Shown here piece by piece: positions 1 to 8,205 of a DNA stretch of 46,676 nt (position 1 is its first letter; each line of letters begins with the position of its first letter). This DNA is from a virus. Its lineage: Duplodnaviria; Heunggongvirae; Uroviricota; Caudoviricetes. The stretch is from positions 1 through 46,676 of the IMG/VR virus record IMGVR_UViG_3300024348_000013; one strand, 5' to 3'. Below the pieces are notes generated by a model. It was not told where the DNA came from. It saw nothing but the letters and a program-made list of their open reading frames with translations, and made no database searches. The translations under genes and the position numbers were made by a program.

Positions 1-528
1 AAATACTCTAGTCACATCAATTGTAGAACTACCCGTAAATAATGTTGCAAATGATGAAGATGTTTCTGAATCAATCGATGCACTCATTATATTGTAAACT
101 TGTTTGCCAGGTGTTAAATCAATATATGCTTTTTTGATTGAAGTTGCACCACCAACTCCTGCTAAAGTTCCGTATTGTTGTGCCATACGAACTGCAGTTG
201 GTAAGAATGAACCATCCACAAGTGTTTGTGAATAATTTGCAACTTTACCTTTGGGCTGTCCTCTAAGAATATCTACGTTATTTCTAAGATTGAATTGATT
301 TACTTGCGCAGAATATTCTGATGTTGATTCTTCAAAACATGCAAATATTTGTTCGTTATCTAATTCGACATTGATAATTGGATATCCCAATCGTTTTGCT
401 ACCCATGTAGCGGTCTTAGGTGCATCGTTTCTAAAATCACTATCAGCATCATATAATCCAAAGGGAGTTGATGAGCCAGATATAAATGAACCGGATGCTG
501 CGCCTGACCAATATGTGTTTACAGACAT
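1..528 (-). CDS. gp13: Neck/head-completion protein, T4 gp13-like (N-terminal 176 aa, runs off the left edge; absent from the ORF track)
   Basis: Manual translation from ATG at 528: MSVNTYWSG...WVAKRLGYPIINVELDNEQIFACFEES..., open to position 1. RLGYPIINVELD..QI resembles T4 gp13 RLGAPIINVEL. It lies just downstream of the capsid gene. Confidence 0.8.
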   Translation of the reverse strand, partial: MSVNTYWSGAASGSFISGSSTPFGLYDADSDFRNDAPKTATWVAKRLGYPIINVELDNEQIFACFEESTSEYSAQVNQFNLRNNVDILRGQPKGKVANYSQTLVDGSFLPTAVRMAQQYGTLAGVGGATSIKKAYIDLTPGKQVYNIMSASIDSETSSSFATLFTGSSTIDVTRVF

Positions 529-552
529 AATTCTTAATTATAGTTTTACTAC

Positions 553-561
553 TATAAATAT
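553..561 (-). promoter_or_regulatory. ATATTTATA motif upstream of the gp13-like gene (putative late promoter)
   Basis: The same 9-mer recurs on the sense strand upstream of several gene starts; here it is 24 nt before the ATG at 528. Confidence 0.55.
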
Positions 562-594
562 AAGAATAAAAAAAGAAGTGAGATTAGTATGAGC

Positions 595-628
595 ATAAAA
601 AAAGAGGAGATATTTCTATCCCCTCTTT
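595..628 (-). terminator. Rho-independent terminator after the major capsid gene
   Basis: The minus strand reads AAAGAGGGGATA-GAAA-TATCTCCTCTTT-TTTT: a 12-bp stem with one G-U pair, a GNRA tetraloop and a U-tract, about 23 nt after the gp23 stop. Confidence 0.9.
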
Positions 629-651
629 CCGATTATCCTAATCCGTTAAGA

Positions 652-2265
652 TTAAAGAGTTTCTAAACCGTCAATTACTACTTTACCGTAGAATTCTGGT
701 CTTACTAATTTCTTAGCGTAACGAGTCATAACTCCTCTTCTTGGAGTGAAGTTAGTTGGGTCGTACACTAATGGAGTCATAATCAATGGTACATAAGGTG
801 CGTAAACTGCTCCGGTTTCGAAGAAGTTAGAACCTTTGAAGCCCATTAATAATACGTTCTCAGTCATATAAGGGTTTTTGTAAACATCGTATCTATTAGA
901 GATTTGTCCAATGTTAGTTACACCAGCTGCAAATGATAAAGCATCTTTACCAGGATTTGCTGAGAAACCATTCATTGATTCTAAAATAGTTGCAACGTTA
1001 GGAGAAACTACTACGAAGTTTGCTCCACCTCTCATTGTTAATTGGTGAATCTTATTAGAAACTTTTTGTAATTTAATACCTAAAGTCTGGAACCAAGTAT
1101 TCTTTTGGTATGCTGAAGCTGCTGCTGCAGATGAATCGATAGCGAAACCGTTTCCAGTCCAATCGTATCCAACCTTTGCTGACCAGTATTCAGTTGTGAA
1201 AGCGTTTTGTTGTAACATTTCTAAGATTTCTAAATCGATTTCTAAAGAGATGTACTCACTTAACATTTGAGTCAATTCCGCTTCTGCATCTACAGAGTGG
1301 TATGCGTTCAAATCTTGCGCCAATTCAGGAGTCCAAATTGCTTTTAATTTTCTTGTCTTAGCAACAATTGGTTCAGATTTCAATTCTAATTCGATTTCTG
1401 GAATTGCTAAATCAGTTCCTCTATCTTCAAAATCTCCACGAGAAATATCAGTAGGTTGTTTGTGGTATGCTAAAGATATACCAACAGTAGCCAAGTTTGA
1501 TAAACCAGTTACAGTTGCAACGAATTCAACGTTAGAACCATTCTTAGTTGTGTATTGAGGATAAACTCCTGTTACAGAACCTGTTAAGAATGTTGGTTCG
1601 AAAGCTCTTACACCATTCCAATCAGCATCAGCTGGGATAGGAACTACGATTTTTTTCAATGTGTTACCTGCAAATGATGCAGAAACTGAACCTGAAGATA
1701 AATCATAATCGATATCTGCTAAAGATGCTGAAGCGAAAGTTGAAGTGATAGCTGCAGTTGAATTGTTAATAGTATATCCGAATCTACCTGGACCATATAA
1801 ACCACCTTCAGCTGCTTGAGTTGAACCTAATTTGTTTGTGTTTTGGTCTAAAGAATCTTTACCAAAAGTTCCACTTTTACCGAATAATGAAGAACCTGTA
1901 AAGTCAGGATTACCTGCTGGGTTAGTACCATACTTAAAATCCATGTAGAAAATAAGACCTGAAGGTAAGTTCATTGGTTGAACCGAAACGAATTCTTTCG
2001 CTGCGATAGAACCGAAGATACGTCTTACCAACGGTAATGCTACACCTGCCCACTCTTCAGAACCTGAAGAAGTACCAGTACGAGTTGCCTCATCTAATAA
2101 TTGTTTAGCTTGGTTTTCTAACATTACTGCCATACCATGCTTAGTTGTTTCAGAACCTGCGTTCTCTAACAAACCTGTTTTTTCCCACTTAGCTTTCAAA
2201 CCTCTTGTTTGCTCTAACATAAGAGTCTGAGGATTTGCGCCAGTCATTAATTTTTTTAAGTCCAT
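652..2265 (-). CDS. gp23: Major capsid protein, T4 gp23-like
   Basis: Hallmark motifs LPLVRRIF, VQPMNLPSGLIFY, KTRKLKAIWTPELAQDLNAYHSVDAEAEL, YAPYVPL and FTPRRGVMTRYA; 537 aa. Confidence 0.97.
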   Translation of the reverse strand: MDLKKLMTGANPQTLMLEQTRGLKAKWEKTGLLENAGSETTKHGMAVMLENQAKQLLDEATRTGTSSGSEEWAGVALPLVRRIFGSIAAKEFVSVQPMNLPSGLIFYMDFKYGTNPAGNPDFTGSSLFGKSGTFGKDSLDQNTNKLGSTQAAEGGLYGPGRFGYTINNSTAAITSTFASASLADIDYDLSSGSVSASFAGNTLKKIVVPIPADADWNGVRAFEPTFLTGSVTGVYPQYTTKNGSNVEFVATVTGLSNLATVGISLAYHKQPTDISRGDFEDRGTDLAIPEIELELKSEPIVAKTRKLKAIWTPELAQDLNAYHSVDAEAELTQMLSEYISLEIDLEILEMLQQNAFTTEYWSAKVGYDWTGNGFAIDSSAAAASAYQKNTWFQTLGIKLQKVSNKIHQLTMRGGANFVVVSPNVATILESMNGFSANPGKDALSFAAGVTNIGQISNRYDVYKNPYMTENVLLMGFKGSNFFETGAVYAPYVPLIMTPLVYDPTNFTPRRGVMTRYAKKLVRPEFYGKVVIDGLETL

Positions 2266-2298
2266 TTTGAATGAATTTATTTGTTTTTGTTTGATTAA

Positions 2299-3552
2299 TT
2301 ATTTAATTATACCTGCTAATTTCTTAAATCTGTCAGAGAAATTTGTAGATTCAGCAATTACTTGCTTAGATACAGCTGGCTTAGTAGATTTTGTTACTTT
2401 GCTAGCGATTCCTTCAGAAATAGATTTCTTAGTAGATTTGTTAGAAATTGAATATTTGAAATTCTCTGCTAATGTAGAGTAAACCAATTTCACTTCTCTA
2501 ACTGAATTTGTTCTATCTAAAGTTTCAATCACTTTCACTTTTTGTTCGTTAGTCATGTTGTGTGCTCTAAATAATTTGTTTGCGAATAATAACTTAGCGT
2601 TTAATAAGTTTACTTCGTTGATTGTTTTTTGTAAAGATTTGATAGTTTTGTAAGCTTCGTTTAATTCAGCTTCTTTTTCTGAATCATCTGCAGATGCATC
2701 ATCAGTCATATCAGCTTCCATTTCTCTTAAAATTTCTTCTAAGTCGATTACTTTCTCACCATCTTTATCAGTACCGGCTTCAGCGCCATCAGTATAGTTT
2801 TCTTTCTTTACTGATTTTCCTTCAGTTGCTGCTGGCATTTCTTCTTCAGAATCTTCTCCTTCTAATTCAGCCAATTGTCTTTTTAATTCTGCAATTTGTG
2901 CCGCATTAGGGTCTTCTTCTGGAGTTTCTTCGCCTTCAGTCGCTGTTTCTTCTTCACCACCATCTAATTGAGCTTCTAACTCACGGATGATAGCTTCTAA
3001 ATCCAAGTCATCTTCTGACTCTTCTTCATCAGAATCCATGCCCATGTCATCCATGCCCATTTCATCTTCACCTTCTGCTTGTGCGAAAGGATTTTCTTCT
3101 TCTGAACCTGCTTCACCTTCTAATTCTGCTAATCTAGCTTTCAATTCTGCAATTTCTGCATCTTTGTCACCTTCTTGGTCAGCGAATGGATTTTCTTCTT
3201 CAGAAATGTCTGCTACTTTTTCGTAGTCAGTTCCAGCTTGTTCTGGCTTACCACCATCTTTAGTTACACCTACTGATAAATCAGTGTCTGCATCTAATGT
3301 TGGCATTGCGCCAGGAGTTTCAGCGTATCCTGCGTCTACTTTAGACCCGATACCATCTGAACTCAATTCCTCATCTACTTTTTCAGCATCCATATCCTCT
3401 GCTTCAGCTTCTGCTCTCATCTTTTGAGATAAGATAGATTGAAGTCTAGGAGTAAATGCCTCTTCAAGAGCGAGTTTTGCGTTTGCTAATGCTGTTTCCT
3501 TTACGGCTTTAGCATCGGCGATTGCTTCTTTCAATAATTTTGAATTTGCCAT
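2299..3552 (-). CDS. Prohead scaffolding/core protein (gp22-like)
   Basis: Very acidic, coiled-coil-like 417-aa protein directly upstream of the capsid gene, with many L/I-x-E sites and internal IAELK..LAELEGE repeats. Confidence 0.8.
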   Translation of the reverse strand: MANSKLLKEAIADAKAVKETALANAKLALEEAFTPRLQSILSQKMRAEAEAEDMDAEKVDEELSSDGIGSKVDAGYAETPGAMPTLDADTDLSVGVTKDGGKPEQAGTDYEKVADISEEENPFADQEGDKDAEIAELKARLAELEGEAGSEEENPFAQAEGEDEMGMDDMGMDSDEEESEDDLDLEAIIRELEAQLDGGEEETATEGEETPEEDPNAAQIAELKRQLAELEGEDSEEEMPAATEGKSVKKENYTDGAEAGTDKDGEKVIDLEEILREMEADMTDDASADDSEKEAELNEAYKTIKSLQKTINEVNLLNAKLLFANKLFRAHNMTNEQKVKVIETLDRTNSVREVKLVYSTLAENFKYSISNKSTKKSISEGIASKVTKSTKPAVSKQVIAESTNFSDRFKKLAGIIK

Positions 3553-3710
3553 CTTGTTTTTTCCTTAAATTTGTTTGTGAAGTTATTCTCTTGGGAACTC
3601 CAATGTAATTATGTTGATTGTTCGGTCACACCTTATAGAGAAGGGTATTCATTAATCAACTGTTGTCTTAAAAGTAATCCCATATGAATGGGATATTTGA
3701 TAATAAGTAT
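3553..3710 (-). promoter_or_regulatory. Long, possibly structured leader of the scaffold-capsid operon, with promoter-like ATACTTATTA at 3701-3710
   Basis: About 150 nt of non-coding sequence with a perfect 7-bp hairpin (3677-3683/3688-3694), a 7-bp long-range stem (3613-3619/3654-3660) and AAGGA 9 nt before the ATG. Confidence 0.45.
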
Positions 3711-3746
3711 GTAAATTTTTTAGAAAACTAAAGAAATATAATAAAA

Positions 3747-3926
3747 TTACAAAGAATATTTATTTTTTCTTTTAGCTTCTTCAATTTGTAACCGCTTTTT
3801 GACTGATTTTTTTATAAATTCTTTTCGTTCTCTTAGTTCTTCTACTTGCTTTACCTTTTGAATTTTTCGTTTGTATTCTTTTAAAGCTACCTCTATATTT
3901 CCGTTTTTAATACCAACTATCAACAT
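3747..3926 (-). CDS. rpsU: Phage-encoded 30S ribosomal protein bS21 (59 aa; missing from the ORF track)
   Basis: Manual translation: MLIVGIKNGNIEVALKEYKRKIQKVKQVEELRERKEFIKKSVKKRLQIEEAKRKNKYSL. It matches the bS21 pattern MLI..K.G.NI..ALK.YKRK......LR.R..F.K.SV.KR of the Bacteroidota type. Confidence 0.9.
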   Translation of the reverse strand: MLIVGIKNGNIEVALKEYKRKIQKVKQVEELRERKEFIKKSVKKRLQIEEAKRKNKYSL

Positions 3927-3929
3927 ATA

Positions 3930-4223
3930 TTAACCTAATGCGTTTTCTAAAGCTCTTTCGAATTTAGCTTCGATTCTATCTAAAAAATCTTTAGCTTTAG
4001 ATAAATTACTTTGATTAGCTTTTAAATTAACTAATGCTTTTTTTCTATCTTCTTCAGTTTTTGCACTGAAATATGGTTTTGTTAAATCCTTTTGTCTATC
4101 TGCTAAGGTTTGGTATTTAGCCAATGATTCTAAATATTCTTTAGCTATTGGATTAAATGCTTTAACTTCTTTTTGAGAAGGCCCTTCTACTTCCTTTAAA
4201 GGTATAAGGTTTACTAATTTCAT
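3930..4223 (-). CDS. Hypothetical protein, probable head-internal protein
   Basis: 97-aa ORF starting MKLVNLIPLKE (LxE protease-site-like leader), located in the head module. Confidence 0.6.
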   Translation of the reverse strand: MKLVNLIPLKEVEGPSQKEVKAFNPIAKEYLESLAKYQTLADRQKDLTKPYFSAKTEEDRKKALVNLKANQSNLSKAKDFLDRIEAKFERALENALG

Positions 4224-4224
4224 A

Positions 4225-4596
4225 TTATTGATGATTTACCAATTTATATTTAGTTCTATACATTAAAGATACAACGGTATCGATATCATTTTGTATCCAA
4301 CTATCTTTTAATTTAGGATTTTGTCTTAATCTAGCTACCATACCACATAAAGTTTCAAAATATTTAATAATATTTTTAATATCATTATTTTTATCCAATG
4401 TACCAATGCCAGATAATTGAATTAGTCCTTCTTTTCCCTGATAAGTTTCTACTAACCCATCAATTAATCCACTAATTGCATCATAGTATTCACCCAATGC
4501 AAGATGCGCTGAATGAGAACCTATTCCCTTAACACCCAAATGAAATGAATGAGCCTGTGTTCTACTTTGTAATAACAATGATGCTAATTCTTCCAT
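4225..4596 (-). CDS. Ferritin/Dps-like four-helix-bundle protein
   Basis: QAHSFH...SHSAHLALGEYYDAISGLIDGLVETYQG shows the His/Glu/Asp spacing of phage ferritin-like proteins. Confidence 0.6.
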   Translation of the reverse strand: MEELASLLLQSRTQAHSFHLGVKGIGSHSAHLALGEYYDAISGLIDGLVETYQGKEGLIQLSGIGTLDKNNDIKNIIKYFETLCGMVARLRQNPKLKDSWIQNDIDTVVSLMYRTKYKLVNHQ

Positions 4597-5031
4597 TTAT
4601 TTAGAAGTTTTAGATTTTTGTTCTCTTAATCCCAATCGTTGTTTCATAACATCTTCTGATAAATCTGCTATTTCAAAGTATCTTCCTAAAACGTGTCCCA
4701 TATCTTCATATAGAGCTTCTAATCTTTGTTGTTGAGATTTTGCTTCTACTGCTTCCTTTTCAAAACCTGATTGTAACTTTTTAAGTTCATTCATATTTCT
4801 TTTAATGGTTACTCTATCAAACCAATCACCACCTTCTCTCAAAGTGTATTCTTGTGCAGCATCTGCAATTCCACCCAATGTTTCTGCAATTTGCATAATA
4901 TCAGATTTTCTGCTCATTCCTTCTCTATGCTGATTATACGTTGAAATGATTTCTAAGAAATGCTTTTTCAATTCAGTTGGAAGTTGTTGAAACTCTTCGG
5001 TTTCGTTTAATAAATCTTTTAAACGTATCAT
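4597..5031 (-). CDS. Hypothetical protein, probable head-internal protein (ATG at 5031 preferred)
   Basis: Starts MIRLKDLLNE and is predicted helical. The ATG is 4 nt after the upstream stop, whereas the track's TTG start overlaps that gene. Confidence 0.6.
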   Translation of the reverse strand: MIRLKDLLNETEEFQQLPTELKKHFLEIISTYNQHREGMSRKSDIMQIAETLGGIADAAQEYTLREGGDWFDRVTIKRNMNELKKLQSGFEKEAVEAKSQQQRLEALYEDMGHVLGRYFEIADLSEDVMKQRLGLREQKSKTSK

Positions 5032-5035
5032 AGTA

Positions 5036-5287
5036 TTATTTCTTTGCAATTTTATATTTTTTCAATCGTTGAACGGCTGCTGCTAAATCTTGTGGAGTCA
5101 TTCCCAACGCATCTACCATTTTAGCCATTACTAATTGTTCTTTTTTTCTCGTCAAACTATATGATTTAATAACTTGTAAAGCTCTTTCTAAAAATTTGTC
5201 TACTTTAGATGGTAGAGTTACATCCATATCTTCAATGGATTCTTTTTTTAGTTCCTTATTTGGTATTAAATTTATTAACTTTGCCAT
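5036..5287 (-). CDS. Hypothetical protein, probable head-internal protein
   Basis: 83 aa starting MAKLINLIPNKELKKE, similar to the leader of 3930..4223; directly after the prohead protease. Confidence 0.55.
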   Translation of the reverse strand: MAKLINLIPNKELKKESIEDMDVTLPSKVDKFLERALQVIKSYSLTRKKEQLVMAKMVDALGMTPQDLAAAVQRLKKYKIAKK

Positions 5288-5288
5288 A

Positions 5289-5879
5289 TTAGTTTAATTC
5301 AATTATAATTTCTCTCATCAAATTTTGTGAACGACACCACTTACCACATTCTTCTGCTATTTTAGCCCATTGCTTTGATTCCTGTAAAGGTGCCATAAAT
5401 GCTCCATGCGTTGATGGATTGGATACAAAATCCCATCCAACTAATTCAAAGTCTTCCTGAACCATTACAGTCCCATCTGATAACTCTTTTACTGAACCTA
5501 ATCCTCTTGATGAAATACCTAAACGAATATTATTTTTTAATAATTCTTTTAAGATATTTCCAGATGGAGTTGAAAGAATTTCTACTACACCACAAACATC
5601 ATCACCTTCCCAATAAATTTCTCTAATATTATGAGAAACATTCTTTAGATTGATAACGGGAGAATCCGGATGGTCTAATTCACCCAATGCTCTTCTTTCT
5701 TTAATGAGTTGTTCGTATTTTTTACATTCTCTTTCCAATATTCCTTTAGGATATCTTCTATGATTTTGATTTGGAGCACCTGCTCTTTGTAGGATTCCCT
5801 TAACTAAGTAAGTTCCATTTTCTTCTTGTTGAAGTTTTGCTTCGAACAAATGCGTTTCTATCAATAATCCTTTACTCAT
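5289..5879 (-). CDS. gp21: Prohead core protease, T4 gp21-like
   Basis: Motifs NQNHRRYP, RALGELDHP, NVSH, LGISSRGLGS and DFVSNPST (catalytic His/Ser region). Confidence 0.95.
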   Translation of the reverse strand: MSKGLLIETHLFEAKLQQEENGTYLVKGILQRAGAPNQNHRRYPKGILERECKKYEQLIKERRALGELDHPDSPVINLKNVSHNIREIYWEGDDVCGVVEILSTPSGNILKELLKNNIRLGISSRGLGSVKELSDGTVMVQEDFELVGWDFVSNPSTHGAFMAPLQESKQWAKIAEECGKWCRSQNLMREIIIELN

Positions 5880-5880
5880 T

Positions 5881-6249
5881 TTATTTTATATCTTTTTTAA
5901 CTTTTTCTATTGCCTTATCAATATTTGCTTTATCTGACCAAGACTTTAAAAATATAGTTTTTATTTGATTTTCCATTTCTGTCTTATCCAAATCACCAAT
6001 ATTTTTAGAAATTAAATTCTGAACAATTGGTAACTTAACTATTCCATCAGCCATTGTACTATCAATTCCTCTTTTGGTATCAATCATATTGGTTACTCTA
6101 TCTATGAAACTATTATCATTAGATAATTTATTTAATATGTTTTTTACCGGTTCTTTATAATCTTTATTAGCTGTAAAATATTTCATTCCTTTTTCAACCA
6201 AATCTATCATATAATAGAACATAATCTTACCAACTATAATACCACCCAA
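5881..6249 (-). CDS. Hypothetical protein; probably the C-terminal part of 6282..6596, joined across an A11 run
   Basis: No ATG near the start (TTG only). The frame stays open upstream to about 6309, through the A11 tract, in the -1 frame of the preceding gene. Confidence 0.6.
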   Translation of the reverse strand: MGGIIVGKIMFYYMIDLVEKGMKYFTANKDYKEPVKNILNKLSNDNSFIDRVTNMIDTKRGIDSTMADGIVKLPIVQNLISKNIGDLDKTEMENQIKTIFLKSWSDKANIDKAIEKVKKDIK

Positions 6250-6281
6250 AGTTGTTAGTATTCCAATTGCTAGATTTTCAT

Positions 6282-6596
6282 CTACCTTTTTTTTTTTACC
6301 ACTTCGTTTTTAGCTCTTAATGCCGCTAAATCCGAACCTTCAATCTCACCATCGCCATCGGTATCAATTTTCTTTTGACCCGCAGTTAATTCAGCTTCGT
6401 TATATCCTTTCAATCTACCTTCGGATTTTGCTTTACTTGCTTTATCTACTGCAGTAAAAAATTTAACTTTTTCCGCATCTGTCATATCAGGAATAGATTT
6501 ACCCGTTCTATCCAACATATGTTTGAATAATTGTTGGTAATCGCTTTCTTCTTTTACTATTTGGCGGATAAGTTCTTTTAGTTCTGTATGTTTCAT
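6282..6596 (-). CDS. Hypothetical protein with an EF-hand-like Ca-binding loop
   Basis: IDTDGDGEIEGSDL is a Dx[DN]xDG loop. Leader MKHTELKELIRQIVKEE; ends in a poly-A (KKK) tract. Confidence 0.65.
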   Translation of the reverse strand: MKHTELKELIRQIVKEESDYQQLFKHMLDRTGKSIPDMTDAEKVKFFTAVDKASKAKSEGRLKGYNEAELTAGQKKIDTDGDGEIEGSDLAALRAKNEVVKKKR

Positions 6597-7039
6597 TATT
6601 CTGATATTTGTCTAATTTTCTGGTCTAGTTTTAATAATCTCTCTTGTATACTATAAATATGACTATTTGTCCTTTTCCAATAAGATTTATTATCTACACC
6701 ACTTTCGTTCTTAATCTTACCATACCAATTAAGAAATCTTTCCATTTCTTTTAATTGTTTATTGATATTAGATATACCTCTACCAATTTTAGCTTGTGCG
6801 GTTGATTCATCTTGTTTTAATGCCAACCATCTATTTTCATTAACTGGTGTGTATCCTGTAAGGTCTGCTTGTTTTTTAGCTTTTTTCTTTTCACCATCTT
6901 TACCACTAAATGCAAAAGGTGTATTATACCCTTGTACATTGCCAGTGGTATTCATCTCATCAATCATTCTTTCTCTCACCATCTTACGAACAATTTCTCT
7001 TATTTTATTAAGTTGTTCTGTTTTTAATGTTTCTGGCAT
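6596..7039 (-). CDS. Hypothetical head-module protein
   Basis: 147 aa, with the leader ending ...RERMIDE; its stop overlaps the next start. Confidence 0.6.
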   Translation of the reverse strand: MPETLKTEQLNKIREIVRKMVRERMIDEMNTTGNVQGYNTPFAFSGKDGEKKKAKKQADLTGYTPVNENRWLALKQDESTAQAKIGRGISNINKQLKEMERFLNWYGKIKNESGVDNKSYWKRTNSHIYSIQERLLKLDQKIRQISE

Positions 7040-7057
7040 TTGATTATATGTTTAATT

Positions 7058-7282
7058 TTAAGCTAATACATAAACAGAACCACCATTGGTTACTGTTATA
7101 CTTTTAACATAGCAAGGAAAAGGTTCTCCTGCTGTCAAATGTGCTAATGAAATAGTTGTATTACCTTCCAATGTAACTGTGCCTGTTACACCAGTTACAG
7201 GCATTATACCCCAAACTCTATCTATCAATGTAGCAGAACCAGATGTTACTAATTTTGCATTAAATGCTCTATAATTTACCAT
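7058..7282 (-). CDS. Hypothetical small beta-rich protein
   Basis: 74-aa ORF with an A-rich initiation region, co-oriented in the operon. Confidence 0.6.
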   Translation of the reverse strand: MVNYRAFNAKLVTSGSATLIDRVWGIMPVTGVTGTVTLEGNTTISLAHLTAGEPFPCYVKSITVTNGGSVYVLA

Positions 7283-7285
7283 TTT

Positions 7286-8161
7286 TTATTTTTTTATCGA
7301 TTGTTTTAATTCACTTAATAACTCATAAGTCATCATTAATGCTGATAAGTGTTGCTCTTTGATTTTTTTAACCGATTTAACTTTTCTTACATTAGCGATA
7401 GTTTCTGCTAATTTAATTTGAGTTACTTTATCAGTTATTTTAGAACCTACTTCTTTTAATCCATTGATTAATTTAGTAATTTCATTCGAAACATATTCAT
7501 TTAACTTACCAGTATTATTAATATTATTTATATACTCTCTTAATAATCCTTTTTGTTCATTGGTAAGATTTTTATATTTGTTATTAAATGATTCAACTAA
7601 TAATTTATAAGAAACAGCTCTTAAATCTTCATCTTGCTTCTTATATTCTTCCATTACTAAATCTTTCAGCTTTATATCTTTATTTTGAATAGAAGAATTT
7701 ATAATGCTTTCAGTTATTGTAAAACGAGAACTTACAATATCAGTTGGGTCGTATTGTTCATCCGTACTAGCTACTTCAAATATTTTATATATAGATGCTA
7801 ATGTTTTATAATTAGAAATTGGAGATTTAATAAATTCTTCCAAATTGTAAGTATCTTTAATTTCTTTTATAAGATTATATTTTTCTCTTGTAAGCTTAGT
7901 TTCATCTAATCTTTTACGAGCCTCTAATATAGTATCTATGAATTTTTCAGCTTTTGATTCTGAATTATATTTTTCGTTAATTAAATATTGGTATAATTTT
8001 AATTCTTTTGAAAGTTCTTTTTTAGAATTAAAATGTTCTTTTAAAATACGCTCGGCTACTGATTTATTTGCAGACATGATTTCTGATGTAATCTGTCTTA
8101 CTAATAATTCAAATATAAACCCAGTGTTTTTAAATTTCGAATGTTTTATTTTTTTCATCAA
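7286..8161 (-). CDS. Hypothetical helical protein downstream of the portal gene
   Basis: 291 aa (MKKIKHSKFKNTGFIFELLVRQ...), preceded by ATATTTATA at 8180-8188. Confidence 0.7.
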   Translation of the reverse strand: MMKKIKHSKFKNTGFIFELLVRQITSEIMSANKSVAERILKEHFNSKKELSKELKLYQYLINEKYNSESKAEKFIDTILEARKRLDETKLTREKYNLIKEIKDTYNLEEFIKSPISNYKTLASIYKIFEVASTDEQYDPTDIVSSRFTITESIINSSIQNKDIKLKDLVMEEYKKQDEDLRAVSYKLLVESFNNKYKNLTNEQKGLLREYINNINNTGKLNEYVSNEITKLINGLKEVGSKITDKVTQIKLAETIANVRKVKSVKKIKEQHLSALMMTYELLSELKQSIKK

Positions 8162-8205
8162 ATTGTATGATTTATCAGATATAAATATATTTTTCTATTG
8201 GTTTC

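Noticed and set aside
2856-3160. IAELK..LAELEGE and EENPFA repeats in the scaffold as a separate repeat element
   Set aside because: They are explained as coiled-coil and protease-site duplications typical of scaffolds.
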